Source of the DNA: Botryllus schlosseri
Lineage: Eukaryota
Direction: 5' to 3'
DNA length: 60,000 nt
Assembly: GCA_051294905.1 (NCBI GenBank)
Contig: CM119371.1
Span: 9,550,001 to 9,610,000, forward strand
Shown here: one piece after another, positions 13,261 through 25,200 of the stretch
Position numbering within the stretch: the first letter of the stretch is position 1
Layout of the letters: every line of letters begins with the position of its first letter
Program-made: the position numbers and the translations under genes
Notes under the pieces: model-generated
What the model was told of the DNA's origin: nothing
Seen by the model: the letters and a program-made list of their open reading frames with translations, nothing else
Database searches by the model: none

Positions 13261-16200
13261 TTAGATCAATACCTTTCTCTTTAAACGAACGTAAACAATC
13301 AGTACACATATTGAGGCAGCAATAATCAGGCCTGATGAAGTGTAAAATGTATATCTGGCGTCGTCTGTAGCATCCACGAGTCGGCCTGCAAGAGAAGGCA
13401 AATTATAAGATTGATTTTAGACGGAGGCAGATTTGTTTGACCCCAAGTAGATAGATATCGGTCATTGTTTAACGTTCTACTCAATTACAAGTACAAGGAG
13501 AGATTTCCAAGACCTGTCAAAACTACTTGAAGTGAAGTAGAAAATGGAAGTCTGAAATTTACTCAAGTAAGTAGTTTCATGAGCTCGATTTGTATGGATG
13601 ACCGCATATCTTAGCGATGCATTGAAGGTAGGTACACTGTTACCGAAAGGGCCGGGTGGCGAGATAGCGTATAGTAGTATAATCCACAGCTGCAACGCCA
13701 ATGGGTTGCGGGTTCGCCTCCTCGCCATACATCCGCGTAAGAGGTGTCTTATAAATGCCTAGGAGTGGACCGTGCTACAAGTCGGCAGTTACAGAATAAA
13801 AACTGACCTGGTGTAAATGACCAATGACCATAGTAGGTGAGATGTCTTATAAAATCCTAGAAGTGGGCGGTGGTGGTGAGATAGCGTGTAATGGCATAAT
13901 CCACAGCTGCGACACCGATGGGTTGCGGGTTCGCGTCCGCAACAACGGAATAAAAATGAAGAGAATTGGCCTGGTGTATATGATCATTGACCATAGTAGT
14001 CGACAAACACATCGATTACCACAAAAAACAACAACAAGTGGGCTGTGCTACAAGTCGGCAGATACGGAATCTAAATGAAGAAAATTGGCCTGTTTTACAT
14101 GACCATATAGTGGTCAACAAACCCCATAGCAACCATAAACAACAACGCGAAAAAGGCCAGAATGTGCGGCACGCGAAAACAGAACCTAGCTCAGAATTAC
14201 ATCGCGGCCATAAATCCTACTTAAAATACGTAAATCATACGTGCTACGTGCATACGAGCGTGCATAATTTGGATTGAAATGTCGTACTGGATTAATACCG
14301 CGGTATAAGCGTGAGGTCGGTTCTGGTTTCGTGTGCCATGTGTGTATCCGTATATATAATCTAGTATATCAGGGGTGGTACACGGGTGGAGATACACACT
14401 CTTTTTCGCTAAGAGTGTACTTTCTGAAATTGCAGGGATCTTAGAGACTAACGCAACGTGACTAATGGTACTACACATGGTTGCACTTTTCCAAATAATA
14501 TTCGGTTACGGCGATACTGGGGCAATTCCACCCAGTTGCCATGACAATTGCAGTCATCCAAGTGATGTAATTCTTTGCCAAAAGTACTTTCTACTTTTCA
14601 AATTACTAAGCGCAGATTATAAGTAGTTTTCCCGAAAAACTATGATGCGGTAGTCGAAGTATCCTAAAAACGTAGTCACTTGAGTAAATGGTACTACTCG
14701 AGAAAGTAGGGCTGGTGTTAACCTCTGAAAGGTTCAGGTTCGTGTGAACGCAAACGTGAACCTCATGACGTCACGTGACGTCATATTGCTAATTTCAACC
14801 CTACCTTTTAGGGAATTGATATATTAAGGTACATTGTACGTTACCTAGCGACAACTCGAGCCACATCATATCACAATGATGAGGTACATACTGACTTTTT
14901 AACCGTCGCCAAATGTATCAACTGGAAAAATCCAATGACATATTAATCCCATAAATTAATAACTTCCTTCGCTTTGCCAACAATTTGGTCGAAGACTTGC
15001 AAGGAAATAGATAAGCTTACGCCTTAACGGTCCAGGCCGTGTATTCGGTGTCTGAGTATTGCTACATTGATATTGAGCAGAGAGTAAACGGGTTTCTACT
15101 TGCTACCGATATTATCCCATTAACAAGTTTTGCAGGAGTAGCCCACACCCCAATCACACGGATTTGGTTTTATGATTCAATAAACACATCAAATCAAGAT
15201 GGACCCCCTATAATGCTAGATTTTTTACATAAGACAACGATGTCTTTATATGAATTTCATTGATTGGTTGAATAAGCATCATTCGCTGACTATACTAACA
15301 TGTAGCGTATTCCGATCTCGATGTTGCGTGATTACGGTCCCTAAACTTCACAGACAGGAAACTGGATATTTCGAGCAAACTTTTGTACCAAAGCAAGTGA
15401 AATTTTTGAGATTGGCAAGGTGCATGCTAGTTAAGTGTTTTTTTTCTACACTACCAGTGCCATAGCCTTGCAGAGTGACCCGCAGTTGAAATGAAAGGAA
15501 TTTCAACCAAAGATGTTATAATGACGTGGAAATTTGTAACATATGAAAAAGGTTCACAGTGCAGAACCTACCAAGGCCCGTTTGTGAACGTGAACCTCTA
15601 AATTTCTGAGGTTCATAGACAAAACGCGAACGTGAACCTCACGTTCACACCAACCCTAGTAAAAAGGTAAATTCGCGGGCGAGATTGATTCGCACGTTCT
15701 ATCATGCAATAAATCACTAATTGGAAAATTGTTAACCAAGCAGCCTTTCCCTGGAACAATGTACCAATAAGGAAATTAACACCGCCGTGGTGATTCAACT
15801 CGAATCAACGGATTGCATTTGAAAGGGCTGATCCAGATCAGTCACATTGTAAGCCGGTTTGGGTTGCCCTACGTTTGGCCTTAAATCAACCTCGAATGCA
15901 CATCCATAGCCAGCATACGAATTTGAGAGGGGCAGTTGAAAATCTGTGGGGGATGGGGCACTTTTTGCTTACAGTGACGTGACTTTAAGGATCATTTCTG
16001 GCATATACAGACAGCAAGTTGAGATGGTAAAATACATCTTTTGTTCAAATGCTGGCTGCGCCGGTGATTTTAGCTTGCCATCACGAGCAGCAGATTTCAA
16101 TTGATTGGTACAAAACACCGAAACAATACAACTCCAAACCAATACACATCAAACACAGAGGTGATCAGCAATGAAGCACTTCTAGTTTTCTGAGTATTAT

Positions 16201-19200
16201 AGCAAATTTCGGATACTCGCGTCGAGTGTATCACTCATTATCACTCATGTATCACTCATATGCTACCACAAAGAATATAATGCCTGTTATCCATCGCAGT
16301 AAAGATACTTCGGTATTTTTCGACCGTACCGATTTCATTGCACTTCGTGACAATGTTGTGGGATGATCATGACTTCGAAAATGCCTCGTTTCTAGTAACG
16401 TTCGTAGCGCTTTACTTTGTTTTGAATGCTGCGATACGGCCAATCAAGGTTTCAAGGCTACCAAAGTGGGAAATAGCATCGTAACTTTAATTCTCCTTGA
16501 CAAATTAACTTTCAGTGGCGAGGATCGTATAATTTCAGTACTCGAAAAAATTCGTCTTCTACTACTCGACTCGAATCATTAGGATTAATACTCGATTCAG
16601 ATTCGAGTACTCGAATCATTTTGCCCGGCCTTTGTAGTGTCTGTTATGATTCTGCGTTAGTCACGAAGATGCAGGTTGCAATTGCGGAAAATACTTGTTG
16701 AAACAATTTACAGGAGAACTTCAGAGAGCTTCATTTTCTATTTCTACTTCTGGGCGTTGTGTATTTTTGTCCTTGACGTTTTGCGGCATATACAAAGACT
16801 TACGATATAAATGGTCTGTGCATATGCATACCATGGAGCACATCATGTGCATATGTCGCTGGACAAGGAAGGTGTAGATATACCCTTGTAAGGCAGGCTT
16901 TCTAAGTCTAGCACCATTCATCCATGCTATCCCAGTAATTCTGGGTCAAGTGGAGAGACCATGGATACCAGTGTTACTAATCGGGTCTTTGGTCTGACCC
17001 GGACGGGATTGAACCCACTACCTACCGTTCAAGAAGCCGGACGCTCTACCATTACGCTATGTTATCGGTCACAGTTTCCACATGACTTGCGAATCAATAC
17101 TTCTACTCCTAATACTTCGAACACCTCTGTTAAAAAAATGAAATCTGCAGCTGTCTAATGAAATCGACAATACTTACGCACCAACTTACCCATTAAAAAC
17201 AAACTCAACGCCAAAAAGCAGTTGTATATGCACCCTTGATATCCCACGGCGGCGGCTATGTTATGCGGTCCCACTATATCGCAAAATATCACCACGATAA
17301 TGCCGACGTAGGCTGTCACGAAGAAGCCGTAAAGGAACGAAGCGGACGCCAGACTCCAGTACGATTGGCAGAAGGTCATCGCGAATACGCAGACAGCGCC
17401 GACGAGTGACGTAGCAGCGACAAGTATGCACCTGTAACATGTAGAGGTAGTCAGTAACGAAGTACTTGTACTTTTTCTGTACACTCAAGTAGGCGTCTAA
17501 TTCAAGGGTGGCCAACCCGTGGCATGCATGATAATTCTCAAAATTAGTGATATTATCAAAAAATGAATTGCCGCATATTTTTATGAGCTTGCAGGGTCCA
17601 CCAAAACTCTGATTAGGCTGACGGTGAAAGTTGGGATGTGGGTCACTGAAAAGCAATCAATTCGAAGCATTAGCGTAAACAGGTGCGACGACAGGGGCCA
17701 TACATACCAGGGTTGAAACCAAGTCACAAGGCTCCGAGTCAAAAGTCAATCTCACTTTTATAGTTTTGATTCGAGTCGAGTCAGCGAGAACTAGATGAGG
17801 GTCGAGTCCGAGTCATGCTAATATGACTCGTGTCTGAGTCCACGTCATTGTGTTGACTGCTCAGTTTCCAGTTTGTTAACCCCACTTTTTATAAATCTGT
17901 TTGGTGATATCGAATGGTTCGCATTTATAATATACTGATTTCCCTCACTTTTAGCAGTTTCTGGTCGGATTTTCAAGTACCAGCACCAATAGACGAAATC
18001 CCAACAGTGTGGTTACTTTACTGTTCTTTGAAATTACAATGAAATGTCGGTCTTGGCCGTCTGAGTCTCGAGTCATATGATTTGGTTCGCGTCATGCACA
18101 ATGACACGATTCCAAGTTTAGTCAATGCACAGATTGACTCGAGTCATTTCCGCATTTTGAGAAAATGACTCGAGTCAAGTCGAGTAATCAGAAAATCGTT
18201 ACTAGAGTCCGACTCGAGTCATAACAACCCTGAGATATACCCTCTTGTTCGTAAACCATGGTCAATTAAAACAAAGTAGAGAAAATCGCGGCCGATTGAT
18301 ATAAACTGAGTGTTTCTGCGCTTCGCACAATTTTGTGCCTCAAGAGTTCTAGCTTTTCGTAAAACTCCAAAAAATTTAAAAGAAGTCTTATATGCAGAAC
18401 TGAGTCTAACTTTATTCGCAATTTTGAGAGAACGGCATCACGGCATAACTTGAGGCCGTTGGGATGCTTCAGTCTGGTGTGGAGCCCGTGGCAGGGTTTT
18501 AACAAGTCCCAAGGTTCCGTGTCACAAGTCAATCTCATTTCTATAGTTTTGACTCGAGTCAAGTCGAGTCATTTTGAATTCAACACCGAGTTAAGTCCGA
18601 GTCATTTTGAATTCAACACCGAGTTAAGTCCGAGTCTAAGTCAGTGAGTAGAGGGTCGATTCCTAGTGATAGTGTTGTGACTCAAGTCCGAGTCCAAGGC
18701 ATTGTGTCCACTGTTCAGTTTTCAGTTCAATCCGGTTCCACCAACTTGTTTCAACTCTGCTCGAGGGATATAGAATGGCTCGCATTCATAAATATCGTAA
18801 CTTTCCTCAGTCCTAACAGTTTTTGGCCCTATTTTCCAAGTATCAGGATTGACAGACGAAATACCAATCATGTGGTGACTCGATTCAGACTTTAATAACT
18901 CGGTTGTGCCACGGCCTAACCGGGACCAATCTCTCGCGTGGCTACCAGCTATCAGCTGCTTCCGGTGCTAGGTATTCCACCGGGGTCGCTCTTTCAGACA
19001 GTGAGCTTTATGCAAAGTGCCTCGCATGACGCGTCGTCACGTATCACGAAATTACGACGGATAGCTGCCAACTGCGCGTAGGCTTATACCTATAGCCGTG
19101 GAAGTTATACAGCTAACGACTAACGAGATCTTCAGTGAAGTTTTCACAAGGACGTTGTTTTATCGTAAGGGCATGTGTTAGACAGCGGAAGTTGCAATTT

Positions 19201-22200
19201 TGATGATCGCCATGGCACATCATAGGACGGTAAATTATAGGGTGTAACTATAACCAATATTTCCTCTTTGGGCAGCGAGCGGTACCATAGCCATTGAAAT
19301 ATTTATGATCAAGCATCTCAGCTGAAGTAACATTATGTCAGCACTGGAAATAGGTCAGGCAGAGAAGAATATAAAAGAGCTACAACACGAATTAAGTACA
19401 AAGGAACATTGTATTAAGGTCTCGCAGGCCTGCGCCGAACTGATGGACTTCTGCAACACGCAACGTCCTTCGGATTATTTGGTGTATAGATCGCCGAACA
19501 ATCCCAATGCTGCGGTATGGAAGGTTGGGCGGAAACCGCATTTCCCATGCGCTATTCTTTGAGATGAAAGTCAATGGCCAGTGGTCAAACTGGTATCAAC
19601 AGAAAACAATGCGGGACTGATCATGAAAATATAAATTTTATCCTGCACTTTTATAAAGTTTTGCGCTCGACAAGCCAGTCTAAAGATTGCCGTAAATTGC
19701 CTTTGGTGAAATGGAGAGAATGCTGTGAGCTGTTCGATTTGGTTGCGATAACATCAACATCAGTGGCTACCAAACTGGGTTCTGCTAGGGTTACCATATT
19801 TTGAATTCGGGAAAGGAGGACACTTGTTCAAAATTTCCAAGCTTAGAATACCGGAGGAAAATCCAGAAAAAATGGTAAATTTTTCCCACTTCGTGGCTGG
19901 TTGACTAAAGAAAGGCTCCAACTCCAGAAATACACTTTTTCTTTCACATTGTCCGTTGGTTGACTAAAAAAAGGATCGTCACTTTCGTTCGAACCACGAA
20001 TTTCCTATTTAGCGTCTTTTATGCCCATTTACAATCGATCTACTCACTATCTTAGCTCTAAAGCTGAAAAGAAGGGCGAATTGCCCAAAATATGGACATT
20101 TAGGCGTCCTCGAAGGACATTTTCAAAAACCCGAAAAAGAAGGACAAATCCTCCCAAAGGATGACACATGGTAACCCCAGGTTCAGCGAACCTTTTGGGT
20201 CCGCGACACAAGTTTCTGGGGTCGCGAATAACCTACCATAAAATGTTTGAAACATGGGTGGTCAACCCTTGGCCCGCGACAAGGTTTTGAGTCGACGCAC
20301 GGTAATATTCGTGATTATGTATATTATCAAAAGAAGAATTGCCCAGCATATTTATTGTGAATGCAAGGTCAATCAAACCTTTGATTAGCCTTACCGCGGA
20401 ATTTGGGGTGTTGATCACAACTAAGCAACAGTTTCAAATCATTGGCGTAGCAAGTGACAGCGAAAGGGGCCATGTCACCACATATTTCGTAAATCTCTAT
20501 AAATTAACATAAAGTAGATTATTTGGAGTTGTTTGATTCAACTTTAATTTATTTCGCGCTTCGCGAGATTTTGTGCCTCTAGATCTCTTGCTTTTTGTAA
20601 ATCTCCCGCCTAATATACAGAATTGAGTGGGGAAGCGTGTGACGCAGAGTGCTTAGCGACACCAATGCTGGTTGCTGGTTCCAGCCTCGGCTCTGCCCAG
20701 CTTAAATCATATGTGTGAGCTCAGTGTGCGTATTGACCTCCTCGGGGCCCCTTGCTCCGCGAAACAGCGATTTAGTAGAACCAATGTTTTATAGTGTGTT
20801 CTCTCAATCCATTAATAAGATGTTTTACATATACTTGTCCTTGATGTCTTTTCGGCATATAAACCGACCCATCATATCCTTACACATGATCAGTGCGATC
20901 AGTGCATGCATATACATTATACAATATACATACCATGAGTGCATGATGTGCATATGTCATTGGACAAGGAAGGTGCAGAAATAGGCAATGCTATCTACGT
21001 CAAGCACCAACGCTCCATGCTATAAATTGCCATGCAATATTTCAAAGTTGAACGTTTGTGATTTTTGAAGATCGGTACGTGATGGTCAATTCATTTATAT
21101 ACCGGTCCGTATAACGAAAGGGTTTGCCGACGCCTTCTCTAATAAAGCGTCCATTTCTTACTGGAGTTACATCACTGAGATGTGAAATTGTAATATATTT
21201 GGCGTACCGGCTCTCTATAACTATTAACTCATACAATGTGACCTTGCATTAAGAGTCACACTTACTTGTTAACCCATTTTGCGTCGGCCACAAATCCCGT
21301 GACAATCTTGGCAACGCATTCGGCCGCGCCAACCATCGACAGCATGGTGGAGGCTTCGAAATTGCCCAGGCCCGCGTGTTCTTGCGCCAACGTTACCAGA
21401 AAGGTATTCGCGCCTACCTGCGAGTTTGAAATGGATTTAGACAAAATTAGTATTTGATACTAAATGTATAAGTGTAGGATTCGTGCATGATTGGTATCCA
21501 CCGTTTAGTTGTGAGAAGCGATGTTGTGACAAGTTTGACTTGAAATTCGGTTCATCGCGACGATTATGTCACAATGCATAGCCTATGGCCAGATATGATT
21601 AGGAACGAAGTACTCGCAGTACCCCAGTAGGTTTTGGTCGACTCCAGACTTTCACCTATACTAAAGTGGATATCTCTTAATACTGCTTCCACATCTACTT
21701 AACAGCCATTGATACACCTTTATGAGTGAAAATTACCATCTCGATCAGGCGAAATATCACAATGAAAATTCCGACCACTGTGATTACTGATTAGTCATAG
21801 TCATTGCTTAGCACCATACAAACAACTGCATTTTTCAGAAATACATTCAGCAACCGTGATACAGGGGCTCTTTCGCCTAGTTGTCATAGCAATTTCACTC
21901 ACAAAAGTGACACAAGCATAATAATAAACTACTTCCTACTGTACGAAATCCAAAGTGTAAAAAGCAAATAATTTTGTCTAAAAAAAGCCAAATAATAGAT
22001 ATTTCATGCCGTTTACGTCATATTTGGTGATACGGTTGTTGATATACATAATGCTCATACCAATATAGGTACTCTACTAGTTACTGACGATTACACCTTA
22101 GGAGTGCACTTAGGAGTAGGGCTGGGCAAAATCGAGTACCTGAGTGATTCGATTCTGAATCACGTATTACACTTCGAGTCGAGTATTCGAGAATCACTCA

Positions 22201-25200
22201 TTATGACGTCACAACAGAATGTATTATGTCAAGGTACACATATGCACATTTCATGCCACCATGTGGGATGATCATGAATTTAAAAATGTGTTATTTCCAG
22301 TAACGTTAGTAGCTTTGTACTATGTCTCGTATGCTGCGATACGACCAATCAAGGTTTTAAGCCGTCCTCAGTGGAAACCAGTATCAAAACTAAAATTCTC
22401 GTTAGTAAATTAACTTTCAGTTGCAAGAAGTGCGCGATTTCAGCACTCGAAAAAATCGTCCTTTACTAGTCGACTCGAATCATTAATACTCCATTCAGAT
22501 TCGAGTACTCGAATCATTGTGCCCAGCCCTACTTGGGAGTGACATGTCAACCGAAAATATTCGGGTTTATTTCAATATGATGAATATATTATTCTAAAGT
22601 AAAAGAAGTGGGAGTATTGTAAAACCAAAACTACTTGAGTAAGTGGTACACGTAGGCAATACCTACTTGAGTGCTCGGAAAAAGCAGAAGTAGGCTAGTT
22701 ACCGATTACCGTTGCATTATAGAGATTTCATCCAGACCCCACAGTCATATTTCAAATAGTAACAGTGACTTACATATCCACAGAAGAAAAACACGGAGCT
22801 GAGCAGCGCGACATCGAATGATATAGACTTGAACAAATGATATTCCACGAACACTTTCATCTTCTGGTTTGCGTAGTTCGCTACAGATTGCCGCCTAGAC
22901 AGTTTTCTTGTCGTCTTGGGCAACAGCCCGTCTTCCGGCGCGTGTGACGTAACAGGGTCCTTCGCGATCGACTTTTTGCGAGACGTGTTCTCGGGCAGCT
23001 GTACCGGTATGTACAGCGCTGCCGACACGCAAGAGTTCAACAGTATTCCTGACATGATCAGTAAAGCCCCACGCCATCCGTAGATTTCGATGAGTTTAGC
23101 CGTAGCAGGGGCTAGAAATAAAGTCCCGAGAGGTATTCCGAGCGTGGAAATTCCTGTCGCTTTCGCCCGGTGTTTCACGAAGTACCGGCTGGACGATGAC
23201 ATCATAGTGAAATATAATATTGCGGTCGCCAGCCCTGAACCAAACGATGGCAGAAAACATTGGTGGATGTTGGTGCAATGCGAGTTACCTGTCAAAAATC
23301 CTGTGCATATTTGCATTACGATAAACGAGTGCACTTGCGACGAGATGATGTTTGATATGCTTTGAACCAGGCCGGCCGCGACGCATATTTTTCTACTTCC
23401 GAATTTCCTTGTCAATACTGGTAATATGAAACCTATGGAAGAGAATTACAACGCCGGTCGTAAGTAGGTTTCATATATGAGATCGTTGCCCCGCGAACTT
23501 ATAACCACGCAATTATTACCGTGTCCCATTATAGGACTTCATGCAGTTATTGTTACAGTGAAATTCCGTAGTCGTTTTCGTCTTGATGGCGTTTCGCTAG
23601 CAATGGTCTTTCTACACTAAGCCGATGCGGCGATATTGTTTTGAATGATTACTGAGATGCCGACCTGTATATAGCACGGCCCACTAGTCGTTTTGTGACT
23701 TTTGTAAGACAACGCGTACGCTGATCGGATGGCGACGAAGAGCCTTTATCACCGTAGGTTGAGATTCTGAAGTCCGAGCGAGATAGTGTAATGGTTATGC
23801 GTCCGGTTTCTCGAGCGGTAGGTCGTGGGTTCGATCCCCGGCCGGGTCATCCCAAAGACTCGAAAATTAGTATCCGCAGCTATCCTGCTAGGCGCTCAGC
23901 AACCACGGATAGTATGGAGGAGGAGGAGGAGAAAAAAAACAGGGGCGCATGGGGCCGTATCGCAACTCCGTCGTCAAAGCATCTCGATGGTGCAGGCGAA
24001 AAAGAATATCATATCTCTCTCTCTCTCCGGCTCGGGAACTCAGGCGATACGCACGAAATGTTTTGTTAATTTAATGATACCAATCGCTGGTGAGTAAGAT
24101 TCGTGTTGAATGCGACGGTGATATTATAGAATGTAAATGTTCGTTAATACCAAATACCCATAATACTTCTAAACATTCTCGATTTCAAATTGGGGCAAGC
24201 AGTGAATTGAATCAATCGGAAAGTAATGGTCAATTCGGACAATAAGGGACACTATTCATGAGACAGTGTCTTACATAGGTATGCAATGCGGAGCGGGCTG
24301 CGATTTGGATTTTGAAATTAATCGTGATCATTAGATCTATGAAAGAAACAATCCTTTGGCAAGCTTCCACTTTCAGATATGTTTGATTGAGTATTTTCGG
24401 GCGGGTCGCTCATATATGCATATATCTTGGACGCGTCTGGAAATATTCCTCTGTTATGGTAGAGGCCTTTCGTAAGTAGGCCTAATAAATGAATAATATT
24501 AATAACTTTTACGAAATTGAGTGACCGACATCAGTGGCGACTTTTGGCCTGCATCATAGGTAGAAACCCGAATTTGTAGGAATGGCGATGTCGTAAAAGC
24601 TGCCACAAATTCAAAATCAGAGAACATTTTAAAAACAAGATGGGACTATACGGTATTGCACATTGGACGAAATAACATTCTATGAGACTAATTGCACTTG
24701 CACAAGAGAATGTTTAGTGGCGTATGTCTGAAATTTAAAGACAGTAAAATTATAGTCTACTCTGCCCATGTTTCGCTGATATAGGATTGAGAAACACCAG
24801 AAATTAAGCATGTCACAATTACCACAAAATCAAGGTTCATCACATCAACACGGTACGGTACGCAAATCCATTCGAAAACAGGTCCAGTACATACAGGATG
24901 AAAATCAGTAAAACAAGATGATCGGGAAACTTACATCCGACGGCCATTCCAAAGGTAAATAATCCCGGCAGTGACGCCACATTGGCATACTCAACGCCCT
25001 ATTCGGACATGACATGGAGAAAATAGACGGGATAGGTTCGGAAAAATCCAAGGCTTGTGACTCCAATAATCGAATTACCACCGACTACAACCCAAGACCA
25101 CAGCGTGTCGGGCAACACTTCGCCCTTCGGCGAAAGCACCAGGCCAGGCATGTTAGTGCGAATGAGATGCGTTCTACATTAAATCTGCAATGACAAGAGT

